A DNA stretch of 64,000 nucleotides from Heterodontus francisci. Lineage: Eukaryota. This document shows, in pieces, positions 24,265 to 37,724 of this stretch. Both the position numbers and the translations under genes were made by a program. A model generated the notes under the pieces. The model was not told the origin of the DNA, made no database searches, and saw only the letters and a program-made list of their open reading frames with translations. Each line of letters starts with the position of its first letter. Within the stretch, counting starts at the first letter, position 1. The stretch lies in contig NW_027140453.1 in NCBI RefSeq assembly GCF_036365525.1, positions 992,001-1,056,000 on the forward strand. Reading direction: 5' to 3'.

Positions 24265-24450
24265 GGGAGTGTGTCCGAGCCAATATTTATCCGTCATTCA
24301 ACACTTCACATCCACCATTTCCGGTTATCTGGTCATTTCGTGCAATGATGCTTGTGGGATCTTGCTGTGCGCATTTTGGCTGAAACCTTTCCCTACATTA
24401 CAACAGTGACTACACTCCACAATCAGTTCTTTAACTCGAAAGCTCTATGA
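24265..24450 (+). mobile_element. Deu-domain-type SINE fragment
   Basis: TGTGGGATCTTGCTGTGCGCA..TTGGCTG...ACATTACAACAGTGACTACACT, recognised from memory of the shark DeuSINE consensus. Confidence 0.6.
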
Positions 24451-24800
24451 GCGGAATATTGCGAAAGAAATACCTGAACAGGTTTGGGTTTACAGTCAAG
24501 ACTCTGTGAGAATACCATGAATATTAAAATGATACAATCATTAACATAATGACTGATGCCTAATTTTGTTACATTTTTGTTCTGAATATTGAACCAATGG
24601 AGATTTCAGGAGACTCCTCTTCACCCAGAGAATAGTGATAATGTGGAATTTGCTTTTTTTTTTGACTCGGAGGTAAGCCTGTCACCACTGTGTAACTTCA
24701 CTGAAATACTTAAACCCAAGCAGCATTTTGAGAACTGGTCTCTTTCTCAACCAGTTGAGCTGCAATTGACAGATGCAGTTTGACAATGGTGCGTCTTTAC

Positions 24801-24852
24801 CAAGCACTCGTTCGTTTGGTACCTTTGCTGCAATACACGAAAGTGCCTTGCG
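24801..24852 (-). pseudogene. TRBJ: J-beta 2.17 degenerate remnant (QGTFVYCSKGTKRT/VL)
   Basis: GTK..VL|GTAAAG pattern with a 1-nt insertion; heptamer CACGTTG 24853-59; no good nonamer at 12 bp. Confidence 0.5.
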
Positions 24853-25792
24853 CACGTTGCTGTCCAAAATCTGCCTGTTTCCAAAGGGGCTGAACACAAG
24901 TTTAATTTTCGTCTTAACAATTGTATTTTTATTGGGACTTCCTCCCTCCGGGATTCACCACGCTGTTGTTTGTCTTCAATTAATTTTCCCTTCATATTTT
25001 GTCTGCTTTTCCTGGTTACTTGCAAATGTGTCTTTATTGTAAGAATAAGTTTAATAAAACAACACTGATCTCCCCTTCGCCTTCTCTGCTCTAAGGAGAA
25101 CAATCCCAGCTTCTCCCATTTCTACACACAAGTGAAACCTTCCCATGTCTGGTACCATTCTAGTAAACATCTTCTGCACCCTCTCTATGGCCTTGACATC
25201 CTTCCCAAAGTGTGTTAGCCACGAATTGGTCACAATACTCCAGGCGAGGCCTACCTGGTGATTAATAACAACAAGAAATTGCATTTACCCAGCACCGTTG
25301 ATGCAGTGAAAAATCTCAATATAAGAGCAACTCAGACAACAACTTGATACCGAGTTATCGAAGTAGATATTAGGGACAGGTGACCTGTCAAAGAAGTAGG
25401 TTCTAAGATACTTCTCAAAGAAGGAGAGATGGAGAGAAGCAGAGGTGTATAAGGAGGGAATTCCAGGGTTTAGGGCTCAGGCAGCTGAAGGCACATCCGC
25501 CAATGGTGGGTTCAAGGGAGCGGAGGATGCACAAGAGGCCAGAATTGATGGAGCAGAGAGAAATCATCAGGGTTTCTTAAAGCTCTAGAGGAAGTTACAG
25601 AAATAAGGAGCCACCGCCTCACTGACAGAACAATGCACTAATCCCGCGTAAATGTCCCCGACACGTGAAATGAATCCTTGTGTTCATCTGCTAAAATCCC
25701 TCCCCACAATTAGAGAACTGCATCCGTATAACAACAGCAGACTTTGGTCCATCCATCATTAACTGAGACCTCTTGTACTGTCAGCTACTCAC

Positions 25793-25843
25793 CCGAAACG
25801 CTTAGCTTCGTGCCCCCTCCAAAATACTGTTCATATTCTGAAG
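25793..25843 (-). CDS. TRBJ: J-beta 2.16 (SEYEQYFGGGTKLSVS)
   Basis: CACCATG-12-ACGAAAACT; donor GTGAGT. Confidence 0.92.
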
Positions 25844-26857
25844 CACCATGCTACAACCCTACACGAAAACTAACAAGAGTGTCTCTCCCCTCTAGATGGA
25901 TGGAGTTGGTGCTGGGGATTTTACATCGAAATTCATTGTAATTGCAACAATCTAACCAAAGTTCTATACAAGTTTCATGTAACTTCTCTGCTTTGGAATG
26001 CTAGCCAATCCCCTGCAAAGGAAGCCCTGTGCTTTGTTTGCTGTTATTATTGGATATTAGTCAATATTAAAGATGCAGACAAGTACTATGTCGTACTGCA
26101 TCAGAGGATACCAATTAGAATTAAGCCTGCAGGTTGCTCAATCTTCTGCTAACACCCAGAGCTTCTTGCTGTTTCCACATAACCCTGCATTTGTTAGCCT
26201 TCAAGTGTGCATCAAATGCATTGTTTAAGCTATTTTCAGGCAGTGCATTCCACATGACAACAACTGGCTGTGTAAAAGCAAATACTCATCTCCCTCTTTG
26301 TTTCTTTTACCAATCACCAATCTGTTCTCTCTGCTTACCGACCCTTCTTCCAGCTGAAATGAGTTATTATTTACTCTATTACAAACCATATGATTTTGGA
26401 CATTTTGAATATGATATTAATTCTCACCTTAACCTTCTCTTCTCTAAGGAGAACAACCCCAGTTTCTCCAGTATCTCCATACAATTGAAGTCATTCATCC
26501 CTGGTACCACACTGGCAAATCTTCTTGAACCTTCTCTGCTCCAAGGAGAACAATATTCAGCTTTTCCAGTCTCTCTATAAAGCTGAAATCCTTTCTCCCT
26601 GGTATCAATCACCCCACCACCACTTAATCCTCTCTGCATTACCCTACCAGTTTTCAGAATATATCTTGCTGAAATATTGCGAATTAAATATAATCATTAT
26701 TACAATCATTTGGTAATAAGTGGGGCAACGAGGGAAATCTGGGTAGCAGGGTCAGACATACAGCACTGTGCAGTTATGTACTGGAGTGCAATGCCATGGA
26801 TAAATATACAACTAACTTAATTGACGCGCTCAAAACGTTACATTTTTTAAAACTTAC

Positions 26858-26909
26858 CCAACACTGTTAATTTGGAACCGGGGCCAAAATGAAAGTTAGT
26901 AGTTACATC
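26858..26909 (-). CDS. TRBJ: J-beta 2.15 (DVTTNFHFGPGSKLTVL)
   Basis: CACAATG-12-CAGAAAACT; donor GTAAGT. Confidence 0.92.
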
Positions 26910-27516
26910 CACAATGCTACATTCCGATCAGAAAACTAGGATGGCCTAACAGTTCCCATAGACTGTCAATACTGTAGCTTGTTCACTGTATTTATTTCGT
27001 GTATCAAGTAAGTATATAGTGAAATTGTTAAGCTGTCTGGACATTGCCACGTACCTCTCACTTTGAATTCTGATTTTAGATAGTGTTTCAGCGTAAATGT
27101 AAGTCAATTCCTTATGAACTCAATTTAGTTATTTTCTTGAAGGAAGACTAGGTGAGTTTGCCATTTAGTATCTAATCTTCTACAACCTTGACTAGATCTA
27201 GTCTTTGTTTATTACATTCAAGAATTTTTGTTTGACGGTAGCTGGCGCTAAGATAAAACTCAGCCATAATTTAAGTGAATGGTGGAAGATGCTCAAGGGA
27301 TGAATGGTCCTTTGTGGCTTCTTATGTTTGATTGGAGTCCATTACAAAATCGTTGTCTAGGGTTTGCATCTGTTATAAACTCGACAGTGGCCCTTCCTGA
27401 GTTCAGCTTTTAAAATAATCACTACTAGTTGAGCCTTGCCTCTCTGCTTTTACATTAGTGAAGCTTAATGCTTTTACATTGACCACTGGGGGGACAAATC
27501 GCTCGGTTTTACATAC

Positions 27517-27572
27517 CCAGAACTGTTAATCTTGTCCCATCGCCAAAGCGGAGAGGTGTGCTGTTTCCAGAA
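27517..27572 (-). CDS. TRBJ: J-beta 2.14 (SGNSTPLRFGDGTRLTVL)
   Basis: CACAGTG-12-ATTAAAACT; donor GTATGT. Confidence 0.93.
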
Positions 27573-28114
27573 CACAGTGTTACAAAGCAGTATTAAAACT
27601 GCTGGGGACCAATGATTACACGATACTTCATCGAATGCTCTGACACCTTTGAACAGTTATCATTCAACCAATTGCAATGTGTAGATTTGTTTGACCTTTT
27701 CTCCACCATTCCATTTGAAAGCAGAGAAATTATGGTAAAATTTGCTTAGACGATCTTGGAGTTCTGTGCACAGTTCTGGTCTCCATATCCCTCGGTTAGA
27801 CCACACTTGGATCACTGTGCACAGTTCTCGCTTTCATATATATTTACCTATCAGGAAAGACTGAATGGCCTTTACGATAGATAAGAGAAGGCTTAGAGGT
27901 GACCTGAAAGAGGCGCCAAAGATTATGAAAGGGGGTGGCCAGAGGGGAGATACAGAGAAGTCTGGTAACGTTGTCTTTGCAAAATTGTGCATCTTGGGAT
28001 TCACGTTTTCCAGTATGTGTCTAGGTTTGTGAGTTTTGGCAGATTTACGAAGCAATGAATGAACACTTAGAGCGAATTAAATTTGCATATTGAGATCTAT
28101 TTTTGTTTACCTAC

Positions 28115-28170
28115 CTGGAACTGTCAGCTTAATCCCAGAGCCAAAGTAAGAGATCGAGGTCCCAGCTGAA
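28115..28170 (-). pseudogene. TRBJ: J-beta 2.13, open frame but defective RSS (SAGTSISYFGSGIKLTVP)
   Basis: Heptamer TACAATT (CAC lost)-12-TGTTAAACT; donor GTAGGT. Confidence 0.8.
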
Positions 28171-29387
28171 TACAATTTCACAGGCCAGTTGTTAAACTAC
28201 CAGGGCCCTCAGTTCGGCCTGATCTGGTGTCTCGTTTCCAAACCAGGGCACCACACTTTCGGAAGGATATCAAGGTCTTGGAGAGTGTGCAGAAAGAGAT
28301 TTACTGGAATGGTCCTGGAAATGAGGTACTCAGTTATGTGGACAGACTGGAGAAGCTGGGATTGTTCTCCCAGAGAAGGTGAAGGAGAGATTTAATAGCT
28401 GCTTTCAAACCCACGAACGGCTTTGTGAGAGTCAGTAGGGGGAAGCTGTTTCCACTGGCCGGAGATTTCACAACCAGAGAACATAAATTTAAAGCAATTG
28501 GCAAAAGATCCAGATGTTTATTGAGGGGGCCACTTCTTTACACAACGACTTTGTCTGATATGGAATGCATTACCTGAAAGTGTGATAGATACTGATTCCA
28601 TACTGAACTTCAAAAGAGAATTGGATCACAGTTCAAAAAGGCGAAAATTGCAGGGCTGTATAGAAAGAAAAGGGGTGAGGGAGGCGAATTGGAGAACATT
28701 TCCCAACAGCCGACTCTCGTAAGATGGGCCGAGTGGTATTATTGTGTCCAACATGCATATTTGTCTAATTATTTCTATCAACTGTTTTTAGAAGGCTGTA
28801 CCATTATCAACAGTGAGCATTCATTCCAGAAGATCACTGTTTTACGACCTTCATCATTACAAGCTGAACAAACTCTGTTTAAGAATGGGATTGAATTTTA
28901 TACGGATAAAGGCAATGTACAGTCTACTAAAACAAAATCGAAGAGGTCATTTTTATTAATTAGTGCGAGGTTAACAGTCTTATGCAGCAACATAAGACAG
29001 CTCAGAATTGTTGACTTATTTTTGGCTGCAAGCCCGTAAAGTCTGGATTGACAAAAGTATTAGGGTCAGTCTTTTCAGCCATATCTATCCTGGATTCTAC
29101 TCCACCCAATAACCCTGCTCAGAAAAGAACCTAAGGAATGTCTCACAATTCCAAAACAATTCATCCAATCACAAGAAGGTATTCCACCATAACATTCTAC
29201 GTTAGACAACCCAATGCACTTCTCTGTCGGTTTAATGTCACACACCATTTTCTATATTTTTGAAAGGATAATAAGATTGTCGATGTGCTGGTTGATAATT
29301 GGAAAACTGGAAAGTACCGGGAAGCTACAGAATATAATAATAGACTATCCCATAGTTAAACGAGCAATGCCTTTAACATCTACATAC

Positions 29388-29443
29388 TTAAAACTGTGAG
29401 CTTGGTCCCTTGGCCAAAATATAATGGATCGTTGTTTCCATAA
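29388..29443 (-). CDS. TRBJ: J-beta 2.12 (YGNNDPLYFGQGTKLTVL)
   Basis: CACAGTG-12-TACAAAACT; donor GTATGT. Confidence 0.93.
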
Positions 29444-30109
29444 CACAGTGTTACACTCCCATTACAAAACTATTACCCTCCAGACAACCAATTGCACCAG
29501 GAGGCGGCCATTCAGCCCCTCTATCCCGTTCCTTCATTCAAAGGCTGATCTGTACCTCACCTCATTTACCAACCTGAGGTCAATATCCCTCGATAACCTC
29601 CCCAAACAAAGTTATTTCCATCTCAGCTTTGTCAGGTTTAATTGCCCTCCAGGATACACAGCTTTTTGTGGAGGAGGGAGTTCCAGACATCTGTTACAAT
29701 CAATTATTATCATGTACTTTACTATAGATTCCTCCACGAGAGGTGAATTCAAAGGGTTTGCCATCAAAATATTCTAGGTTAGACATCCCAGTACGGCTTT
29801 AGTTTCACATAAAAAGCTACAATGAGATTCTCGATATTCCCATTGGTAACTAGAATACTGGAGAGTTGTGGGCAATTACATAATATAACAATAGGCCAAC
29901 AAATGGCTTTATCAAGTTAGTCTATCCCAGTGGATAGTGAATGGAACAATTTAACAATAGTGTTACTCTAAAAGAGAAGCAAATGAATTTCTTCTAAAGG
30001 CAGGCTGGACATTGGGTCAAATTATTAGCTAAACCCTCTCCACTCCCCATTGGAGGCAACATAATAGTAATTAACCTGTAAAATGAATACAATGCTGTAA
30101 ATAGTTCAC

Positions 30110-30166
30110 CGATCTGAAACTACTAACTTGGTCCCATTGCCAAAAGTACAATCGTAGTTATTTGAG
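30110..30166 (-). pseudogene. TRBJ: J-beta 2.11 pseudogene (SNNYDCTFGNGTKLVVS)
   Basis: Heptamer damaged (AGCAGTG); 4 extra nt before the GTGAAC donor shift the splice phase. Confidence 0.8.
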
Positions 30167-30262
30167 CAGTGATGCCTGTCAGTGTTATAACTACCATCTG
30201 GTTAGAAATGTTAAGATGCACCGTCTTCAAAGTGATGTATTCAATTTGTAGATTCACATACT

Positions 30263-31797
30263 ATTATCCAAGGATGTTATGGGAAGCAAGGGATGAAATT
30301 GCAGAGCCGCTGGCAATGATCTTTTCATCTTCTCTGCTGACGGGGGTGGTACCAGGTGATTGGAGGGTGGCAAATGTTGTGCCCCTGTTCAAGAAAGGGA
30401 ATAGGAACAACCCTGGGAATTACAGGCCAGTTAGTCTTACTTCGGTGGTAGGCAAGTTGATGGAAAAGGTGCTGAGGGATAGGATTTCTGAGCATCTGGA
30501 AAGACACTGCTTGATTCGGGACAGTCAGCACGGTTTTGTGAGGGGTAGGTCTTGCCTCACAAGCCTGATTGAATTCTTTGAGCAGGTGACCAAGCAAGTG
30601 GATGAGGGTAAACCAGTGGATGTGGTGTACATGGATTTTAGTAAGGCATTTTATCAGGTCCCCCATGGTAGACTTATGGAGAAAGTCAGGAGGCATGGGA
30701 TAGTGGGGAATGTGGCCAGTTGGATTAAGAATTGGCTAACTGATAGAAGGCAGAGAGTGGTCTTAGATGGTAAATACTCAGCCTGGAGCCCAGTTACCAG
30801 TGGCGTGCCGCAGGGATCAGTTCTGGGTCCTCTCCTGTTTGTGATTTTTATTAACGACTTGGATGAGGAAGTCGAAGGGTGGGTCAGTAAATTTGCAGAT
30901 GATACAAAGGTTGGTGGAGTTGTGGATACCGAGGAGGGCTATTGTCGTCTGCAAAGGGACTTGGATAGGTTGCAGTGCTGGGCTGAAAAGTGGCAGATGG
31001 AGTTTAACCCTGAAAAGTGTGAGGTCGTCCATTTTGGAAGGACAAACATGAATGCAAAATACTGGGTTAACGGTAGGGTTCTTGGGCATGTGGAGGAGCA
31101 GAGAGACCTTGGGGTCTATGTGCATAGATCATTGAAAGTTGCAACTCAAGTGGATAGGGCTGTGAAGAAGGCATATGGGGTGTTAGCGTTCATTAGCAGA
31201 GGGATTGAATTTAAGAGCCGTGAGGTGATGATGCAGCTGTACAGGACCTTGGTAAGGCCTCATTTGGAGTACTGTGTGCAGTTCTGGTCGCCTCATTTTA
31301 GGAAGGATGTGGAAGCCTTGGAGAGGGTGCAGAGGAGATTTACCAGGATGTTGCCTGGAATGGAGAATAAGTCTTACGAGGAAAGGCTGAACATTCTAGG
31401 CCTCTTCTCATTAGAAAGGAGAAGGATGAGGGGTGACATGATAGAGGTTTATAAGATGATCAGGGGAATAGATAGGGTAGACAGTCAGAAACTTTTTCCC
31501 CGGGTGGAGCAAAGCGTTACAAGGGGTCATAAATTTAAGGTGAAGGGTGGGAGATATAAGGGGGATGTCAGGGGAAGGTTCTTTACCCAGAGAGTGGTCG
31601 AGGCATGGAATGCCTTGCCCGGGGAAGTTGTTGAGTCAGAAACTTTAGGGACTTTCAAAAGGCTTTTGGATAGGTATATGGATAAAGGAGAATGATGGGG
31701 TATAGATTAAATTGTCCTTGACAGAGGACAAAGGATCGGCACAACATTGTGGGCCGAAGGGCCTGTTCTGTGCTGTATGTTCTATGTTCTATGTTCT
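30263..31797 (+). mobile_element. Young 5'-truncated CR1 LINE with uninterrupted reverse-transcriptase ORF
   Basis: About 480 codons open: PGNYRPVSLTS, DFSKAF, GVPQGSVLGP, KFADD; (ATGTTCT)n tail; candidate TSD CTATTA (30261-66, 31796-801). Confidence 0.96.
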
Positions 31798-32206
31798 ATT
31801 AATGTGTGATGTAAAGACAGCTGCAATGCACCCTAGATATTGGACAGGAGAACCAAAGGTAAGTTATAGGGCCTGGTGGAGGTGACAGAGACAGCGAGAT
31901 TTGTCGGGATTGGAGGATGTTACAGGGATAAGGAGAGTTATAGAGGCTGGAGGTGGTTACAGGGATAGGGAGGTTTGTAGGAACTAAAGGACGTTACAGG
32001 GACAGGGAGACAGCGAGGCCTTGGGTTGAGTTGAAAACAAATGTGAAAGCACTTAAACCAAGATATTGCAGGTCCGGCTGCCAATATAAATCGGCGAGGT
32101 GATTCTGTGACCGAGAACATGATGTATTTTAGAGCATCTAATTTCGTCTGAGAATCTCAAGGATCCTCATTAACGAAAACAACAAAAGCTTCAGTTCTGT
32201 GCTCAC

Positions 32207-32259
32207 CTAAAACAATCAATTTTGTCCCGTCACCGAAGTAATACAGAGTATTTCCTGTA
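32207..32259 (-). CDS. TRBJ: J-beta 2.10 (TGNTLYYFGDGTKLIVL)
   Basis: CACAATG-12-AGTATAACT; donor GTGAGC. Confidence 0.9.
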
Positions 32260-33306
32260 CACAATGTTACATGACAATAGTATAACTACAGGTCGAAGAG
32301 CAATGAAGCTGGTGCACTGATGCAAAACCTCACACAGAATGCACTGGAGATTTGACTCTTTATGTCAAGGGCATTATAATGTTAATTAGAAAATCATTGT
32401 GAGGAATAGAAAGGGAAGTTCGTTACTCAGATAGTGGTAATAATGTGGAATGCACGACCACAGGGAATGGGTTGAGATGGATTTTGGAGATGCTTTCAAG
32501 GAGTAAATTGGAAAAAGACATGGGAGAGAAAGGAATAGAAGATTAGATGATGTAAGGGTGAGAGGAGGCTCGTGTGCAGTTTCACCACTGGCTTGCTGAC
32601 ACACTGTAAATTCTATATAATTAAATGTAATTATGATGTTTTATTTCACTCATTCTGGGGGAAGAACGATGACAGCATTTTTTGGAAACAACGGTTTCAC
32701 AACGGTTCACAAATCTGCAACTCCCTCCCTGACAGGACTGCGGAAAGACCTACACCCCATTGAGTGCAGGGGCGATGGTTGCAAAGTGATAATGTCACTG
32801 TGCTAGTAATGTTCTGGTTCAAATCCCGAGGGTAGCTAGAGGAATTAAACTTCAACTGATAAATGAAAGTCTGGTTTAACTGCATGAAACTATCGTCAAT
32901 TGTCAGAAAACCCCGCCTGTTGTCATATAAGTGACTTCAGACTTCAGTTGACTCTCAACTGCCTTCTGAAACAGCAAACCACCCAGTCCAAGAGCAATTA
33001 GGGTTGGGCAGAAAAACCTGGCCTTGCCAGCGACGCCCATATCTGATGAAAAAAAATGAGCTAGCAGACCACTCAGAGGGCAATTAGGGATGGGCAATAA
33101 ATTCTGGTCCACATGCCACGAACGAATTTAAAAAATGTCTTTCCCTGTGCATCTTAGTATTTTCCATCTATTCTGCCTTTTATGCACATTGGAAATGCTG
33201 CCTGAAATTTTTTTGTTATTTGTCAATGCAACATTTCAGTTGCAAACTGAAACTCAGAAACAGCGTGAGATACAATCATTTTTTTTTCAAAGAACGTCCA
33301 ACTCAC

Positions 33307-33359
33307 CCAACACAGTCAGTTTTGTCCCGTCACCAAAGAAATACTCGTAGCTTCCAGAA
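33307..33359 (-). CDS. TRBJ: J-beta 2.9 (SGSYEYFFGDGTKLTVL)
   Basis: CACAGTG-12-TACTAAACT; donor GTGAGT. Confidence 0.93.
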
Positions 33360-33661
33360 CACAGTGTTTCAGCCCTGTTACTAAACTATACTGGTCCCTG
33401 AAAGGTTGCCGAATATTTGAGTGAATAATACAGCTCTTGTTTGTTTGTCCATGATCAGCTAAATGGGAGAAATTTTCCCTTCTTTAAACACAGATCCAGT
33501 TCAAGAATCAGTCTTTCTCCTTCTCTCTCTCTCTGTCTCTGTTTGTGTCTTAAATGCATTGGAAAAATGTCTTTCTCCAATGAACCCGGAGCCTTAAGCA
33601 TCTTTCCGACCATTTCAGACAACATGCATTCTCAGAATTGGCCTAACATTCCTGGACTCAC

Positions 33662-33711
33662 CTGCCACTACTAACTTGGTAACGCTTCCGAAGTAATATT
33701 GATTGCCAGAA
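33662..33711 (-). CDS. TRBJ: J-beta 2.8 (SGNQYYFGSVTKLVVA), non-canonical FGSV
   Basis: CACAATG-12-AACAAAACT; donor GTGAGT. Confidence 0.88.
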
Positions 33712-34782
33712 CACAATGAGAGACCCTTGTAACAAAACTTCATAAGGCGAGGTGCAGGTCTTGCCTATATCACACTTGGACCCTGTCCTCGAAAGGGTTT
33801 GTAGATCACATCTCCTTAATTTATATATCTCTTAATTTACATTTGTGGCTCACGAGCAAGGTCATAGAATCAGAAATATACATTACTGAAGGGGAGACCA
33901 TTCGGCCCATAGGACCTCTGCTGACTTCATGAAAGGGTTTCAACATAGTCCTGGATATTTCCCTTCGAGTATCTATCAATTTCCATTTTGAAATTCACTA
34001 CTGAACCAACTTCCACCACCAGTTCAGATGTGCCTTCCCGATCACAGTAACTACCTCTGTGGGAGAATGTCTCTTCATCCCGCCTCTGGTCCTTTTTGAT
34101 AATTGCCTCAAAACCTGTGTCCTCTGGTTACCGACCCTTCTACCAATGGAGACTGTTTCTGATTATTAACTCTATCCAAAACCTTCATTAATTTGAACAC
34201 CTCTTTTCAATCTCCCTTTAACCTTCTCTGTTTAAAGGAGAACAAGCCCAGGTTCTCCAGTCTCCACAACTATCTGAGGTCCCTCATCTCTGGTACAATT
34301 CTGGTGAATCATTTCTGCTCCCAATCTAAGGCCTCGACATCCTTCATAAAGTGTGGTACCGAGAACTGAACACAATACTCCAGCTGGGACCGAACCAGTG
34401 ATTTGTAAATGTTAATCCTCACTTCCTTACTCAACTCCTCGTGAATCTTTAATCAATGATGGTGCGTTCCAGAATCATCAACTGGTCATTCCAAACATCT
34501 AGTCTCTTTTTTTAACCTAGCTCTCTCTCTATCTCACTCCTCGCATTAAACCGATAGAGTAACATTAGGGGCATTGGTAGGCCATTCAGAGTCTGATTTC
34601 CCAGACAGCTATCACTTGTTGATTTCCACACACACAATCGGTCATTGTTAAGAAACGGATGTCACCTGAATAGGGAATATGATTAGCGTTATCTTCATAT
34701 ATTAATCTTGTAAATTTCAATCAGACTATACCATATCAGACCGTGCGGAATGATTCTGACTGACGCCACGTTAATCAGTTAC

Positions 34783-34834
34783 CTAAAACCACGAGGTTTG
34801 TGCCATCGCCAAATGTGTAGTCGTTGTTCCCTGA
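34783..34834 (-). CDS. TRBJ: J-beta 2.7 (SGNNDYTFGDGTNLVVL)
   Basis: CACAATG-12-AACAAAGTG; donor GTAACT. Confidence 0.9.
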
Positions 34835-35267
34835 CACAATGTTACACAGTTGTAACAAAGTGAGGGAATCTTTAACTCTCTGCACACCGGTTAATTAAGT
34901 GCAGTTGCATCATTTTGTATTGGGTTGCATTTATTATCCCGCCCTTTCAGTCTTTACCTCGTTTTGTCATTTTTTTTGTCTTTGTCTCCACCTCTCCCAT
35001 CTTTTTCTCTATAATTTTCAATCCCCTTTTGCCTGCATTTAGCTCCCAATCTGTTTCTCTGTAGATATGGTTTGTCTCCCTAGCCTTCTTCCGTTTGCAC
35101 CTCGCCATTCCCCTATGTTTAGTTTTTTTTAACTGTTGCTTCATTACTCTTTGTTTTTTCTCAAGTTTACCTTCTCTCTCCTTTCTTCAAATTGACGGGA
35201 GAAAACTTGCTGACAGTTTTAATACTTACTGAGACCAATGATATGGTTCGACAAATATCTCACTCAC

Positions 35268-35325
35268 CCAGGATTGTTAACTTAGTGCCGTCTCCGAAAT
35301 ATGATGGCTGGTTATTTCCTGCTCC
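35268..35325 (-). CDS. TRBJ: J-beta 2.6 (GAGNNQPSYFGDGTKLTIL)
   Basis: CACATCA-12-ACAAAAACA; donor GTGAGT. Confidence 0.9.
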
Positions 35326-35876
35326 CACATCATTATGTCACAACACAAAAACATTCCTCAATTGCGCCCTGCCAGTTTTCAGTGTCCATCTCATTAATAT
35401 TTGATATTGCCCTTTGACTAACATGAGCTGACCATACAACAAAGTATACCCATAAAATAACCGGGTGGGGAGGTGGGGGAGGGGGGGCTTGACCATTAAA
35501 GCTAGCAACATTCACAGTACCGTCTATCCATCCATCTGTGAATCTGTTAGATGTCCACAGATACAGTGCTTATAATACAGGAAGATTTTACATGGAGTTC
35601 TTCATAATTATTAATTAACTTCTACACACAAGTTTGGGACCAGATAGCTCCAGTTGCCTAACGTGCCAGTTAGAACAATGTTTACAGAACGGATTCATTT
35701 CTCACTGTGTCTGGGGAAGGCAAGGGGAAGCCTCCTCATAGACACTCCTCCCCATTCATGCTCCTCTCTCCTGCTGGTGAAAAGGAGCAGAGAGCCAGTC
35801 CATCAGATGACCACCAGCCTGCACAGACAAGATGAACCCAGCATCCCTGGCTTCATTGAATGAAAGTCTAACTCAC

Positions 35877-35933
35877 CCAATACTGTTAGAGCCGAACGTT
35901 CTCCAAAATGTAAAGGCTGGTAGCTCCCGCCTG
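35877..35933 (-). CDS. TRBJ: J-beta 2.5 (GGSYQPLHFGERSALTVL), non-canonical FGER
   Basis: CACTATA-12-ACCAAAACA; donor GTGAGT. Confidence 0.85.
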
Positions 35934-36088
35934 CACTATACTAAACAACAGTACCAAAACACACCTTTGGATAGACAGATACACCGACAGAAAAGTAGCT
36001 ACGTCGATAGATAAACATAAAGATGGATACACAGACCGATACATTATGGATGATGGAACAATAGATGTTTATATAGACGGTAACGTAC

Positions 36089-36138
36089 CTAAAACAGTTA
36101 ACTTAGTACCAGCTCCGAAGTAGTAAATATCAGAAGAG
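36089..36138 (-). CDS. TRBJ: J-beta 2.4 (SSDIYYFGAGTKLTVL)
   Basis: CACAGAG-12-ATCAAAACC; donor GTACGT. Confidence 0.93.
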
Positions 36139-37674
36139 CACAGAGCTAAATCCCTGCATCAAAACCTCTCACCTCTCTCTGATTCATGTCCTGAAGGAGC
36201 CTTTCACAACTAGAAAGAACCTCCAGGAGTATTGGCACAAAGGAACATAGAAATGCTGTCGCTGGAGTAGGCCATTCAGCCCATCGAGCTTGTTCTGACA
36301 TTCAGTGAGGTCATGACTCATCTGTATTGTAACCCCATCAGCCTGTTTGTGTTCCAAACCCTTTTCCTAACAAGGCTCTATCATTCTCAGATTGGGAAGT
36401 GACAATTGACCCTGTGGCCTCAGCAGTTTCATAGGGGAGAGAGGCCCAGATTTCCACCACCGTTTGTTCAGTTATGTCCTTTCTGGCATCACCCCTGAAC
36501 GGCCAAGCTTTGATGTTAAGCTAATGCTCCCCTCCACCCTCACCCTTGTTCTGGGCTCTGACACCCGCGGAAATTGCAGCTCTATCTACCCTATCGAATC
36601 CTCTCATTATCTTAAACACATCAGTTGGATCAATCCTTAATCTCCAATGCTCAACATCTCTAAGCAACCTGCCCCCATAATTTAATCCCGGCATCATTCT
36701 GGTAAATGAGGAAAGATCGATCGCAATCTGCCCTGGTCTTTCAGCTCATGTTCCCCAGGTCGTTCAATGTGCATTCAACACCCAGTGTCCATTCACAAAC
36801 AAAAAAATCCCCTTTGATACTTCTCATCCATTCAAACGCTTTAGGATAATGGGGAATACATCAAATCATATCGAGGATTCAGCACCGAACCAGACCATTC
36901 AGCCCACTACGTCCTAGCCGATTAAATGCTCCACATGATCCTTCTCACACCCTCTTCATCTCACCCCATCCTTTTAAAAGGTCCTTTTATTCCTTTCTCC
37001 CCCATATGTTTATCCAGCTTCCCTCTTAAATACATCTCTGCTATTCGCCTCAGCCCACTCCCTGTGGTAGTGAGTTCCACATTCTCGCCACTCTCTGGTT
37101 GAAAAGGCTTCTCCTGAACTCCATATTTGATTTATTAGTGACTGTCTTATATTGATGGTCCCCTGGTTCTGGTCTCCTCAACAAGTGGAATCATCTTGCC
37201 TCTGTCATAATCTTAAAGACCTCGATCTGGTTATCCCCTCTGCCTTCTCTTTTCTGGAGAAAACAGCACCAGCCTCTTCATTCTTGACCTGTGGTTATAT
37301 CCTCTCAGTTTTGGGAGCACATTTGTAAATATGTTTTGTTTTGCTCTATCCAGAGCCTCTGCTTTTTTAATCATATGCAGTCCAGAACGGCATACTGAAG
37401 AATTGAATCTGACAGTTTTCGTTCTGTGTCTGTGTCCTCTTGTTTTGTTCTCATTTGCAGCTACATTGCTGTTTGTACTGTTTATTTTAGAGACCCTCCC
37501 TTATGTCCCCACTCAAACCCCTTTCCAAATGAATTCATCAGTTGTAGGTCTCCCTTTTTAAGCCCAAGAGTCGAAATTAATTCACCGAATTCCTAAATAT
37601 TCACTCCCACGACCACCCCACGTGAATTCCCGAATTGAATCAACTTTTCCAGTGTTAGGAAGGCATTCACTCAC

Positions 37675-37724
37675 CTAAAACCACCAGTTTGGTCCCATCA
37701 CCGAAATATGCTTCTCCAACGTTA
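37675..37724 (-). CDS. TRBJ: J-beta 2.3 (NVGEAYFGDGTKLVVL)
   Basis: CACAATG-12-CGCAAAATC; donor GTGAGT. Confidence 0.93.

Noticed and set aside
30169-30262. N-terminus of the 508-aa ORF as a host gene
   Set aside because: This is flanking DNA read through into a 5'-truncated CR1 ORF2.
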